NCBI GenBank assembly: GCA_001774495.1
Contig: MFAE01000014.1
Location: 10,573-74,572, forward strand
Direction: 5' to 3'
Length of the DNA: 64,000 nucleotides
From: Candidatus Campbellbacteria bacterium RIFOXYC2_FULL_35_25
GTDB taxonomy: Bacteria; Patescibacteriota; Minisyncoccia; Phycocordibacterales; UBA12079
This document shows, piece by piece, positions 39,553-49,298 of this stretch. The notes below the pieces were generated by a model. It had not been told where the DNA came from and made no database searches. It was given only the letters and a program-made list of their open reading frames with translations. Every line of letters starts with the position of its first letter. Within the stretch, counting starts at the first letter, position 1. Position numbers and translations under genes: made by a program.

Positions 39553-40725
39553 TTATATTATTTCAAAACCTTCTATTGTATTATTCTCAATTTTTGATAT
39601 AGACTTATCTTTTTTAGGATATATATGAAGTCCGTTAGGTATTGATCTACCAGGTGCCACAATACATCCTGACCCGAGATAAACTCCGTTACCCAAACAA
39701 CTTCCTAAAAATATGTTTCCCGTATCAATTAAATGATTATCTTTTTTTGTTAAAACATTCTTATTATCAAGCCGAAGGTCGGTTAATATAACGCCAGCCC
39801 CAATAAAGACATCTTTCCCGATGATACTTGCTGATATCATTTGGTTTGCAATTTGTGCGTTTGAATAAATAGTTGAATAAAGAATATGTCCATCAACTAT
39901 TGTGCAGTTATTTCCTATAACTGAATATTCGATGGTTATTCCATTTCCAATAAATGAATCATTCCCGATTACAGATTCCCTTATTATCGTTCCGGCTCCT
40001 ATTGTTACATTATCACCTATGACGCTACATTCAACGATGGCTGTTGGGTGTATATCACATTTTTTTCCTATTTTGTTTAATGAACCTGCTATTTTCCATC
40101 TATTGAAAGAAAAATTTTTAATTGCAAGTAGCAATAAAAGTATTTTATTAGTTTTATTTGCTTGCTCAATTATTGTTATAACAAAAGCAAGATTTGCCGC
40201 CCATAGGTTACTCCAATGATCTATTTGTATGATCGATTTGGTCGTTAATGGTATAAAATATTTACCACTTTTTGATAAATGTTTAGGTAATGGCAAATAC
40301 TCAAATTTTTGGTTTAAATCAAAAATAATTTTTTTTGTTTCGCCCCTTAATTCTTTTGGTGGAAAATAAAATAAATTATAATTAAAATAATCTTTTTTAT
40401 TTTCAACATTTTGCAAATTAATGAAAGTTCTTTCTGTAAAAATTCCTTTTTTCATAGAACATACAGTATTAGATTTAATTTTTTTGGAATTCTGAATAAA
40501 CTCTTTCAAAAGTTCATATTCAAAATATATGTTGTCGTTTATTACCAGATGTTCCTCCTCATCTCTGATTTCAGATAAATTATCAACAATAACGGGGTTT
40601 AGATTAAGTTTCAAGAAATTATCATTCTGTATCTCGTTCAATTTTCTGTTTCCAATTTTTAAATCTTTAGACAACTTTTGAAAAGGTTCTATTAATTCCT
40701 GTTTTTTTATTACATAAATTTTCAT
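39553..40725 (-). CDS. Left-handed beta-helix (hexapeptide repeat) protein, GlmU-C-like
   Basis: IHPTAIVE, IGDNVTIGAG, IGKDVFIGAG, LGNGVYLGSG. Confidence 0.75.
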   Translation of the reverse strand: MKIYVIKKQELIEPFQKLSKDLKIGNRKLNEIQNDNFLKLNLNPVIVDNLSEIRDEEEHLVINDNIYFEYELLKEFIQNSKKIKSNTVCSMKKGIFTERTFINLQNVENKKDYFNYNLFYFPPKELRGETKKIIFDLNQKFEYLPLPKHLSKSGKYFIPLTTKSIIQIDHWSNLWAANLAFVITIIEQANKTNKILLLLLAIKNFSFNRWKIAGSLNKIGKKCDIHPTAIVECSVIGDNVTIGAGTIIRESVIGNDSFIGNGITIEYSVIGNNCTIVDGHILYSTIYSNAQIANQMISASIIGKDVFIGAGVILTDLRLDNKNVLTKKDNHLIDTGNIFLGSCLGNGVYLGSGCIVAPGRSIPNGLHIYPKKDKSISKIENNTIEGFEII

Positions 40726-40805
40726 ACTAAAATTATACCTTAAAACCTTTTATCGTAGAATGTTAAAGAGGGGATATTTATTAATTTTTTATCTGTTTTC
40801 GAAAC

Positions 40806-40977
40806 AAAACCCCAAAAACCTTTGTTGAATTAAATTTTCTTTTATTTAAAAAAATGTTTAGCTGGAGCGGGGGATTAAAGAGAAAACCGTTGACATACAG
40901 GTCTGTTCTGTTACCATTAAGTCGATAGTTCTTAGGTAGTTTGCCTGTAATCTTTGGAAAAAAAGGAGGTGGTAAAA
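40806..40977 (+). promoter_or_regulatory. Reusable promoter/5'UTR/RBS module, copy A
   Basis: TTGACA 40890, TGnTACCAT, gatagttctt, AAGGAGGTGG; homologous to 49075, 49939 and 51640. Confidence 0.85.
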
Positions 40978-41139
40978 GTGAAAGAGTTGTTGGGTAACAA
41001 CGGAGAAAGAGGAACCCCTTTCCTGTTAGGGTTTCTTGAGAAGATTGAGGTTCCACCAACTGGCTCAGCAAATTGCGCCACATATGTTGGAGCCACCCCA
41101 ACTCCAAGCGGAGACGCTTACGATTACGATCAAGATTAA
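40978..41139 (+). CDS. Putative graspetide-like precursor (53 aa, MKELLGNNGERGTPFLLGFLEKIEVPPTGSANCATYVGATPTPSGDAYDYDQD)
   Basis: GTG after a strong SD; PFLLGFLE leader; Thr/Ser then Asp-rich core; terminator 41165-41197. Confidence 0.72.
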   Translation: MKELLGNNGERGTPFLLGFLEKIEVPPTGSANCATYVGATPTPSGDAYDYDQD

Positions 41140-41196
41140 TCGTCTTTCTAACCCGCGCAAAGGAAAAGATGCTGGTACACCGCCGGCATCTCTTTA

Positions 41197-41844
41197 TTAT
41201 TTATTTTTCAAGATTTTACGCATCGATTTGCTTTCCAAGCTATCCCCTAGAATGAGTTTTAATGTTTGATTTTTATATACTTCTGCTTTTCCATTTTCAC
41301 CAATTTTTTTATAGAAATTTGATAAACCCTGTTTTGCTAAAATTAATTCGTCTTTATTTTTTTTATCAGAAATTTTTTCTGTGTTTTTATACCACCAGAG
41401 TGCTTTATTGTTTTGGTTAAGTCTATCGTATATGTCAGCTAATCTATTTGAAGTTACTGGGTTTTTTTTAATTTTGTAATTTTCCTTTCCTAATTTTATG
41501 GCTTTTTTACTGTTGTTCAAAATAGCATATATTTGTGCTAGGTAAATTCGAGAGTTGAAGGTGATCGAATTTTTTATTTGGGGATCTTTTTTAATTATTT
41601 TTTCTAAAATTTTAATTGATTCGTTAAAATAATCTTTGATATTTCCGGTTTCCTTTTTGCTTTTCTTGTTTTGATATAATCGTTGGGTGGCATCATGATA
41701 CAGAAAAAAAGCTAATTGAAGCATAAGAGTATCTGCCGGAGGGTTTTTTTCTAGATATTTTCTTATAAGAAGAATAGCTCCTGACCGGTCACCCGACATA
41801 TTTAATTTTTTAAGTTTTTTCTCTAATTGGTTTGTTTTTTTCAT
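41197..41844 (-). CDS. TPR-like helical repeat protein
   Basis: YLAQIYA...KAIK, RLADIY...KALWWY, GLSNFY...KAEVY. Confidence 0.7.
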   Translation of the reverse strand: MKKTNQLEKKLKKLNMSGDRSGAILLIRKYLEKNPPADTLMLQLAFFLYHDATQRLYQNKKSKKETGNIKDYFNESIKILEKIIKKDPQIKNSITFNSRIYLAQIYAILNNSKKAIKLGKENYKIKKNPVTSNRLADIYDRLNQNNKALWWYKNTEKISDKKNKDELILAKQGLSNFYKKIGENGKAEVYKNQTLKLILGDSLESKSMRKILKNK

Positions 41845-41847
41845 ATG

Positions 41848-42279
41848 CTAATTTATTAAATTTAAGCCGTTTTTTATTGATTCTTTTTCTTGTTCAAAAG
41901 CCAAATATGAATCAACTAAATCAAAAGAAACCCATTCTGCTTTTTCTATTGTAAAACCACCTTCGTTTTTAGAGTCTACTTTAATTTCATCATTTTTTGT
42001 ATTTTCAACAAGAAAAACTCGTACTTTATGTAATATTTCTCCAGCTTGGTACGAATATTTCTCTAATTCATCCATCAAAAGTAAATTTTCCAAACCTGTT
42101 TCCTCTTTTATTTCTCGTATAATAGTTTCCTCAGGTATCTCTCCTGTTTCTATTCCACCTTTTACCAAACGGTAATCAGTTCTGTCTCGCTCTTCGTCAT
42201 ATCTTTTCAATAGTAAAAATTCTACACGTCCTGTGTTTTTTTTAAAAATGACAGCTTGGGCATCTTTACTTATTTCCAT
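41848..42279 (-). CDS. NUDIX hydrolase
   Basis: KGGIETGEIPEETIIREIKEETG. Confidence 0.9.
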   Translation of the reverse strand: MEISKDAQAVIFKKNTGRVEFLLLKRYDEERDRTDYRLVKGGIETGEIPEETIIREIKEETGLENLLLMDELEKYSYQAGEILHKVRVFLVENTKNDEIKVDSKNEGGFTIEKAEWVSFDLVDSYLAFEQEKESIKNGLNLIN

Positions 42280-42370
42280 AATATTTTTAATTTAAATATA
42301 ACTTTCTAAATAATAACACATAGGATGCCGTTCTTTGATTTTAAAACAAAATGTTAGTATTATTATAACA

Positions 42371-43651
42371 ATGAGTATTTTAAATACATTTAATGTAGTT
42401 CGCTTTGAGAAAAAGCTTAGAAATGGCATTAAGGTTGTTTTATTTTACCGTCCCGGATCTCCCATTACAACACATGCTGTGCTTAATTCTGGCTCAAGAT
42501 TTGACCCTGTAGGTATGTTTGGGGTTGCTCATTTTTTGGAACATCTTGTGGTTGGAGGGTCAGCAGAATTTCCTACTAAAGATTTACTTGCTGAACACAT
42601 CGAATCAATCGGGGGGAGTTTTGGAGCAAGGACAGGTCAGGACTCTTTAATTATTGCAACAGAGGTTCCAGACAAATCTGATTATGGCAGGGTAGTCGAC
42701 ATCTTTAAAGCAACTCTTTGTGAGCCATTGATAGATAAAAAATTTTTTGAAAATGAAAAAAAGGTTGTTGTAAAAGAAGTTAATAGAAGTAATTCAAATC
42801 CTGCTCAGGTTTTAATTAAGACCTGCCGAGATTTATTTTTTAAGGGAACTTCTTTTTCACACGAGGTTCTCGGTGATGCGGAGAGTATTCAGGAACTTGA
42901 TTATGAAAAAGTTGTTGCTATCCATAAAAGAATGTTTGATAAAACAAGGATTACTTTTATCGTATCAGGAGATATTTCTATTGAAGAGCTTGTTTTAAAT
43001 TTAGAAAAACTTAATTTTTTAGAAGGGAATGATTTTTTTGAAAAAAGTTATGAACCTAAGGTTATTTATGAAAAGAGGATTTCATCTTCCCCCCTTGATA
43101 TTCCTCAAACATATATCTGTTTTGGGATTCCGGCACCTAAGCTGTTTAGCAAAGAGTTAGTCCATTTGAATCTAGCGGGAGACATACTAGCCGGTGGTCG
43201 CTCTTCTCGGTTAACAAAGCGTCTTCGTTATGATAAAGGGCTTGTTTACGGTGTAAGATACGGCAGAGTTGGTGGTTTAGAGCTTGGTTTTTGGGGATTT
43301 TTTACTGACACAGCAAGCGAGAATGTTAATGATTTGATGAGTGAAATTTCTGAGGAAATAAAAAATATTAGAACTAATGGAATTAAAGCCTCTGAATTAG
43401 AGTTTGTAAAAAACAAAAATATAAAGTCTCTTAAACGGACGATGCAAACATCAAATAGTTGGGTAGATTTTCATAATCTTTCAGAAGCGTTTTCATCAGA
43501 ACCTTATGATATAGATAATTTCGCAAAATATATTGAGGAAGCAACAGTAGAAGATATTGAAAATATTATTAATAAATACTTTCAAACAAACAATTGGAGA
43601 TTAGCTACTTGTGGGAAAACAGAAGAAGAATCCGTGATTTATAAAATATAG
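42371..43651 (+). CDS. M16 (insulinase-family) peptidase
   Basis: GSRFD, GVAHFLEHL, EKKVVVKE, SSRLTKRLRYDKGLVY. Confidence 0.9.
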   Translation: MSILNTFNVVRFEKKLRNGIKVVLFYRPGSPITTHAVLNSGSRFDPVGMFGVAHFLEHLVVGGSAEFPTKDLLAEHIESIGGSFGARTGQDSLIIATEVPDKSDYGRVVDIFKATLCEPLIDKKFFENEKKVVVKEVNRSNSNPAQVLIKTCRDLFFKGTSFSHEVLGDAESIQELDYEKVVAIHKRMFDKTRITFIVSGDISIEELVLNLEKLNFLEGNDFFEKSYEPKVIYEKRISSSPLDIPQTYICFGIPAPKLFSKELVHLNLAGDILAGGRSSRLTKRLRYDKGLVYGVRYGRVGGLELGFWGFFTDTASENVNDLMSEISEEIKNIRTNGIKASELEFVKNKNIKSLKRTMQTSNSWVDFHNLSEAFSSEPYDIDNFAKYIEEATVEDIENIINKYFQTNNWRLATCGKTEEESVIYKI

Positions 43652-43814
43652 AGAAATAATTTAAGAAAATAAAAACTCAAAAATCTGGTGGGGTCGATTT
43701 TACTTGACGAAACGCTTGAGGGGGGTAAAATATAGATGAAAGTTTACTTTATGTGAACTTAGTCCTTGGGCGATATTGTCCGTAAAATTCACTAACTACT
43801 AAGGAGGTAGAAAA

Positions 43815-44027
43815 GTGAAGCATAAAAAGAATTTTGCAGTTAATGATGGGGATTTTAAAAAATCATCTTGGTCAAAGAATAACCCCAAAACCTGTGTCAT
43901 GGTTGCTGTTAAACCGGAGGGGGTTGCTGTTCGGGATAGTAAAGATCCGGCTAAACAGACATTATTTTTTGATCATGATGAGTGGACCGCCTTTGTTAAG
44001 GGCGTGGAAGGTGGTGAATTCCGCTGA
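43815..44027 (+). CDS. DUF397-family protein
   Basis: FKKSSWS...CVMVA...VAVRDSKDP...EWTAFVKGVEGGEF; AAGGAGG SD, own promoter and terminator. Confidence 0.88.
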   Translation: MKHKKNFAVNDGDFKKSSWSKNNPKTCVMVAVKPEGVAVRDSKDPAKQTLFFDHDEWTAFVKGVEGGEFR

Positions 44028-44102
44028 GTTCTGCATCATCACTGTTGTCGAGACGGATAGGTGTTAAATCTATCCGTCTTTTATTAGATAAAATATAGTA
44101 TT

Positions 44103-44585
44103 ATGGAAAAAACTTTATATATTATTCCAGGGCTTGGAGAAACTTGTCGGCGTAAACCATATCAATTATTAGCAAAAAAAGCCAAAGAGAAGGGTTATGA
44201 AGTAATCTTTAAGAATGTAGATTGGAATCAAAAATTATCTTTACAAACTTTTTCTGTATCCAAAGACGACATAATTTTTGGTTTTTCTTTGGGGGCTGTT
44301 TTGGCATGGTTGGTAGCACAGGATTATAAATGTAGACACATAATTTTAGCTTCAATGACACCTCATTATTCTTGGAAAGATAAAGAAATAAAAAAAGCAC
44401 TAATTGATTTATTAGGCTTAAAATTTGTAAATGATGTTATAAAAAAACTTGATTCAAAACATCAGGCCAAAAGACAAACAATAATGTATGGGGATCTTGA
44501 GAATGAAAAAGGTGATATTATTGTATCTAAAACAGAGCATGAATTAACTGAAAATTATCTTAAGGAAATTGAGCAAATAATTTAA
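44103..44585 (+). CDS. Small alpha/beta-hydrolase-like protein (paralog 2)
   Basis: YIIPGLGE, GFSLGA, ASMTP, TEHEL. Confidence 0.75.
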   Translation: MEKTLYIIPGLGETCRRKPYQLLAKKAKEKGYEVIFKNVDWNQKLSLQTFSVSKDDIIFGFSLGAVLAWLVAQDYKCRHIILASMTPHYSWKDKEIKKALIDLLGLKFVNDVIKKLDSKHQAKRQTIMYGDLENEKGDIIVSKTEHELTENYLKEIEQII

Positions 44586-44588
44586 GAA

Positions 44589-45404
44589 ATGAAAATTAAA
44601 GACTTAACACAAAATTATATAACAAACATTTTAGAGAAAGATAATTTGGACTTATATAAAAAAAGTATGCCCGAGTTATTTTCTCATTATTTTGAGTATT
44701 GGGCTTTGGAAGATTACTTTCATAAATCGTTAAAAATAAAAGAAGAAGTTGAAGAAAAAACGGATTTGATAAAATCTCGTTTAGATTTTATTGAAGAAAA
44801 ACTTAAAGATTTTGGTTTTGATACTTCTGATGTAGAAATACTTTTGTTTGTTGGGCAAAACTGCACAAACGGACACGCTTTTGAAAAAGATGGAAAGTTT
44901 ATTGTCTGGCTACCGATTGAGGCTTATGAGAGTAAAGAAGATATTGATATTTTTGTAACCCACGAGATAATCCATGCTTTGCATTATTCTGTAAACCCCG
45001 ATTTTTATTTCAAAACAAAAGAAGAAAAAATGAATGTTGGTAGACAAATAATAACCGAGGGCCTTGCAACTTATCTTACATCAAAAGTTTTGAATATAAA
45101 CGAAGGAAAAGCCTTGTGGGCGGATTTTCTTAATAAAGATGAATTGAAAAATTGGTTTGATAGTTGTGAAGATAAACGATATGAGTTATATGATTTTGTT
45201 TTGAAAAATTTTAATTTTTCAAATAAAGATATTCAGATTTTTTGGGCAAATGATCCAAAAGACGTCTATAAGTATAGAGCGGGTTACTTTGTGGGGTCAG
45301 AATTAATAAAAGATTTTATAAAAAACAATAAGATAGAAGATAAGGACTTATTGTCTTTAGATAGGGTAAAATTTGAAAAAAAAATTACTGAGATGTTGAA
45401 ATAA
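44589..45404 (+). CDS. DUF2268-like Zn-dependent protease
   Basis: THEIIH, EGLATY, AGYFVG. Confidence 0.8.
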   Translation: MKIKDLTQNYITNILEKDNLDLYKKSMPELFSHYFEYWALEDYFHKSLKIKEEVEEKTDLIKSRLDFIEEKLKDFGFDTSDVEILLFVGQNCTNGHAFEKDGKFIVWLPIEAYESKEDIDIFVTHEIIHALHYSVNPDFYFKTKEEKMNVGRQIITEGLATYLTSKVLNINEGKALWADFLNKDELKNWFDSCEDKRYELYDFVLKNFNFSNKDIQIFWANDPKDVYKYRAGYFVGSELIKDFIKNNKIEDKDLLSLDRVKFEKKITEMLK

Positions 45405-45450
45405 AACCCCCAAAAACTGTTGTTGGTTTAGAGCTTATTTTATTTTAAAA
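45403..45450 (+). repeat. Cassette-boundary repeat cccaaaaactgttgttggtttaga
   Basis: Also at 46648 and (truncated) 49940; diverged copy at 40810. Confidence 0.8.
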
Positions 45451-45502
45451 GGCAAATAAAGAGGGCTGTTCTGCAGTCCTCTTTAAATATATAATAATAA
45501 TT

Positions 45503-46030
45503 ATGGAAAAAATCATTTATATCATTCCAGGATTGGGAGAAAATTGTAATTTGTTAAGATATAAAAAGTTAGCAGAGGCTTTACAATTTAGTGGTTACAA
45601 AGTGAATTGTGTTAACCCTGATTGGTACATGCCTATTTCTGGACAAGTTTTCAAAATCGAAAAAGAAGCTATTTTGCTCGGTTTTTCTTTCGGTGCCATT
45701 CTCGCTTACCTTGTTGCACAAAAATATCCTTGTAAAAAGGTTATTTTTGCTTCTATGTCACCAATACAGAAGTTTTCTTTTAAAGAACTCGAAAAAGATT
45801 TTAGGAGAGATATTGCCCCTAAGTTAGGAAAAAAGCTTGCTAAGGAAAGAGGGACTGAGTTGGCCAGAGATATAAAAAATATAAAAATTTCCTTGAAGGA
45901 ATTACAGACACCTTTTATTACATTAGTAGGAGAAAAAGAAGAGGAAATGATGCCCGCTGATTTTATTGTTCCACAAACAGGACATATTATGACGAATAGG
46001 TATATAAAATGTATTCAAAAATTAGTTTAA
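45503..46030 (+). CDS. Small alpha/beta-hydrolase-like protein (paralog 3)
   Basis: YIIPGLGE, GFSFGA, ASMSP, TGHIM. Confidence 0.75.
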   Translation: MEKIIYIIPGLGENCNLLRYKKLAEALQFSGYKVNCVNPDWYMPISGQVFKIEKEAILLGFSFGAILAYLVAQKYPCKKVIFASMSPIQKFSFKELEKDFRRDIAPKLGKKLAKERGTELARDIKNIKISLKELQTPFITLVGEKEEEMMPADFIVPQTGHIMTNRYIKCIQKLV

Positions 46031-46060
46031 ATTTTATCAAATAATTTTAAAATAAACCCA

Positions 46061-46549
46061 ATGACTAAATTTTATATTATCCCTGGACTGGGGGAAAAGA
46101 GAGAAAACTATCGGTGGCTAATATCAGAGGCAAAAAAGAAATATGATGTAGAATTTCTTAATTTACAACTAAAAAATAATTCTTTTTTAAAACTCACTCA
46201 AACAAAAATAGAACCAAATTCAGTAGTGTTTGGTTTTTCTGTGGGTGCACTTATCGCATATAAATTAAAAACTTATATACAGAAAGGAATTTATTGCTCA
46301 ATGTCTGATTTTTTGGGCAGTGATAGCAAGAAAGTGTTTAAAGATTTGGTTGATTTTTTTGGTGAAGAAACTGCTAATGAATTAAAAAAATTGAGGTATG
46401 GAAAACCAAAAGCAAAAGAAGTTTTTTTGTTTTGTGGAGATAGAGAGATGAGTGAAAGGATGAATAAGATCGGTGGTGTTAAAATTATTAAAAACACAGA
46501 ACACAAATTTACAAAGAACTATAAAAAAGCTGTTCTAGATGTTATTTGA
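46061..46549 (+). CDS. Small alpha/beta-hydrolase-like protein (paralog 4)
   Basis: YIIPGLGE, GFSVGA, CSMS, TEHKF. Confidence 0.75.
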   Translation: MTKFYIIPGLGEKRENYRWLISEAKKKYDVEFLNLQLKNNSFLKLTQTKIEPNSVVFGFSVGALIAYKLKTYIQKGIYCSMSDFLGSDSKKVFKDLVDFFGEETANELKKLRYGKPKAKEVFLFCGDREMSERMNKIGGVKIIKNTEHKFTKNYKKAVLDVI

Positions 46550-46781
46550 ATTAAGAAAAAATAAATAAAAATTGTTTTTAAATTATAACATTATAATTTA
46601 AAAAACTAAAAAAAAGCAGGGGATTAGGGGTTATTTGGTTTCTAACTCCCAAAAACTGTTGTTGGTTTAGATTTCCTTTTATTTTAAAAAATTTCGGTTG
46701 GGGTGGGGTTATTGACTTTTCGCTTATAAAAGAGCATTTTCTAATTAGGTTGAACCTTTAATAATAGAGAGGAGGTTGGTG

Positions 46782-47423
46782 ATGTCACTAAAGGGAATAT
46801 TCATTGTAAGACATGCTGAGTCAGATGAAGATATTAATCCTAATTTAAATGGCGAAGTGGTAGACTCGGAGATATCTATCACCACGCTTGGTCAAAAGCA
46901 GGCTTTCGAAATAAAATCTCAACTCCAAAAAATCCTTCCAGTATTCAGAGGGTTGAGGGTTATTGTCTCTACGTCGAATCGAGCAATTGAAACAGCTAGA
47001 ATTTTAACTGAAGGATTTGTTGATGAGGGGAATAAGTATTATTCTTTCGAAAATTCGATACGGAACCTTAATTGGGGAGATGTTAATCAAACTAATGTTA
47101 GACAGATAGAAAAGGAGAGATATGAAGTGGGAGTTTTATTCTATAGTTTCCTTGGTGGGGACCATACTCCTGAGTATGTGAAAAACATCCAGTCTTTTAC
47201 CGACAGATGTCTAAAGGAAGGTTTGCAATCCAATCATCCAGAAGCATTACTGATTGTTGCTCATGGTTTTTCCATGAGAGTCATTGTGAAATGCTTTCTA
47301 GGTATGAGCGATGATGAATTCAAATGGCTAGCAAATCCCCACAACTGTTTTATTGTAAATCTTGCAGTGGATGGTGAACACATTAACCTTAAGACAAAGA
47401 TGCCTATCTATAAAGCAAGATAA
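46782..47423 (+). CDS. Histidine phosphatase family protein
   Basis: IVRHAES, GQKQA, RAIETA, VAHG; GGAGG SD. Confidence 0.85.
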   Translation: MSLKGIFIVRHAESDEDINPNLNGEVVDSEISITTLGQKQAFEIKSQLQKILPVFRGLRVIVSTSNRAIETARILTEGFVDEGNKYYSFENSIRNLNWGDVNQTNVRQIEKERYEVGVLFYSFLGGDHTPEYVKNIQSFTDRCLKEGLQSNHPEALLIVAHGFSMRVIVKCFLGMSDDEFKWLANPHNCFIVNLAVDGEHINLKTKMPIYKAR

Positions 47424-47484
47424 ATAATGGCGAAAAGCCTGTCTCTGGTTTCATTTAGAGCAGGCTTTTGTTATAATAATTTGT

Positions 47485-48015
47485 ATGAATAAATTAGATT
47501 TAGTACTTACAGACTTGTTAATATTTCCCACAAAAGAATATCCTAATCCAGAAAAATACGAAGAAAGAGTAACAGTAAAAGCGATTGTTGAGAACGGAGA
47601 AGGTAAAATTGCATTTGTTACAAATCCAGTACATGGATTTTATATTTTGCCTGGGGGTGGTGCCGAGTCAGACAATTTGATTGAAGAGGTTAAAAGAGAA
47701 TGTGATGAAGAAATAAATTGGGAAGTTGCTGAAGTTGCTGAAGTTGCAAGCATAGAAGAGTTTAGAAATAGAAATGCTAAACATTACATGACATATTGTT
47801 ATAGTGCAAAACCTACTAAAGAACTTCCTAGTGACACAAGAACTGATGACGAAAAAGAAAATGGACTTGAGGTTGTTTGGTTAGAAAAAAATGAGGCTAT
47901 TAAAAAATTATTGTCACAGACAGAATCTCTTAAAAGAGGTGAGGTAGAATTTTATAATACAGGATTTAACATACTTAGAGATTGCATGTTTCTACAGAAG
48001 TACTTAGATAATTAA
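47485..48015 (+). CDS. NUDIX hydrolase
   Basis: LPGGGAE...VKRECDEE. Confidence 0.85.
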   Translation: MNKLDLVLTDLLIFPTKEYPNPEKYEERVTVKAIVENGEGKIAFVTNPVHGFYILPGGGAESDNLIEEVKRECDEEINWEVAEVAEVASIEEFRNRNAKHYMTYCYSAKPTKELPSDTRTDDEKENGLEVVWLEKNEAIKKLLSQTESLKRGEVEFYNTGFNILRDCMFLQKYLDN

Positions 48016-48016
48016 T

Positions 48017-49033
48017 TTATTTTTTGATAAAGTCTATAATAGTTTTAGTGACCTCTCTCTCTAAGTCTGGTTTTTCGTAAACTCTTTTCCAAGAGCTGTT
48101 GTTTTGTTTGTAGTGAAAGCTAGATTTTTCTAGAGTATATTGCCCTAGACATAAACATTGGAATTCAAATAAGTAAAACTTGCCATCTCTATAGCCAATA
48201 TCTAAAGACATAAACGGGGTGTTAAATTTCTCATATATTTTCTTTGAATAGTCCAACAAACCTTTTGGTGGAGTTATTTCAAAATTTAATTTACCACTCC
48301 CACTAGCTCTGAAATCATCTTTTCTATTTTCTCTGTACACACAGTAATATTTATCTCCATAGGCTAAAATCCTATAATCACCTTTTAAATCTGGTATAAA
48401 ATTTTGAATAATAAATTTACATCGATTATTAGACATAGGAGTGTATCTTCTACCTGTTTTAATTTTGGAGACCCACAATTTAAAATTTTCAAAAGTAAAA
48501 GACCTCGATATTTTATGGGCATATTTTCTCTTTTTTGATTGAGTATTTAGAAGTTCGATATTAGAACTTCTTGTTCCAGATCCAGGTTTAATTATTGTTA
48601 ATTTATTGGATTTGAATAGGTCACTTTTAGAATATTCTTCAAAGGTACCAAAACCTCGTGATTGTATATTTTTAATTTCATCAATATTCATAGAATCGCG
48701 AAGTATCTCCATAAAAACCTTGTTATGATGTGCTCTAAAATATGGAAAATTTGGAATAAGTTTTGCACCCTGTAATTCTAGAGCTAATACAATATCTTCT
48801 ATGTAACTTTTATATAGTAGATTAGGATCTTCTGACGATTGGTATAGTACCCATTCATTAGTGTAATTCTCTGTTCGGAAGTTTATTTCATGGAAATTTT
48901 TAATAATTAGGTCAAAACCAGCTTTTTTGAAATTAGCTTTAAGTTTATTAATATCTATACAAGCACCACGATATCGAGTTGAGAAATAAAACTGATCTCG
49001 GTAGTCTATTAGTAAGTAAATTTTATTATTCAT
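48017..49033 (-). CDS. RimK-like ATP-grasp protein
   Basis: HNKV, IIKPGSG, IIQNFIP, DYRI, DFRASGSG, SLDIG, LFEF. Confidence 0.8.
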   Translation of the reverse strand: MNNKIYLLIDYRDQFYFSTRYRGACIDINKLKANFKKAGFDLIIKNFHEINFRTENYTNEWVLYQSSEDPNLLYKSYIEDIVLALELQGAKLIPNFPYFRAHHNKVFMEILRDSMNIDEIKNIQSRGFGTFEEYSKSDLFKSNKLTIIKPGSGTRSSNIELLNTQSKKRKYAHKISRSFTFENFKLWVSKIKTGRRYTPMSNNRCKFIIQNFIPDLKGDYRILAYGDKYYCVYRENRKDDFRASGSGKLNFEITPPKGLLDYSKKIYEKFNTPFMSLDIGYRDGKFYLFEFQCLCLGQYTLEKSSFHYKQNNSSWKRVYEKPDLEREVTKTIIDFIKK

Positions 49034-49074
49034 ATGAATAATAAAACTTTACCCATAATAAAGCTCTTTGTCTA

Positions 49075-49171
49075 GTAAAATCGTTGACAGATTAAGCAAC
49101 TTTGTTACTATTAAGTTGATAGCTCTTAGGTAGTTTGTCTGTAATCTTTTGAAAGAAAGGAGGTGGTAAGA
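49075..49171 (+). promoter_or_regulatory. Reusable promoter/5'UTR/RBS module, copy B
   Basis: TTGACA 49084, TGnTACTAT, gatagctcttaggtagtttgtctgtaatcttt, AAGGAGGTGG. Confidence 0.85.
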
Positions 49172-49240
49172 ATGTCTGGTAACGGTGGAAACCATCAAGG
49201 TGGTGGAACTGGAGGGGGCGGCGGCGGCCGGAAGCAGTAA
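49172..49240 (+). CDS. Gly-rich micropeptide (22 aa, MSGNGGNHQGGGTGGGGGGRKQ), not in ORF track
   Basis: ATG at the module's start position after the SD; terminator 49256-49285. Confidence 0.68.
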   Translation: MSGNGGNHQGGGTGGGGGGRKQ

Positions 49241-49298
49241 CCTTCGGTTTTTTCTAAAAGGGGTGGCTGTTGCCACTCCCTTTTTATATAATAAAGAC

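Noticed and set aside
49185-49298. N-terminal extension of the C39-like peptidase
   Set aside because: Overlaps the Gly-rich peptide and its terminator; ATG 49299 follows a TATAAT and fits the domain start
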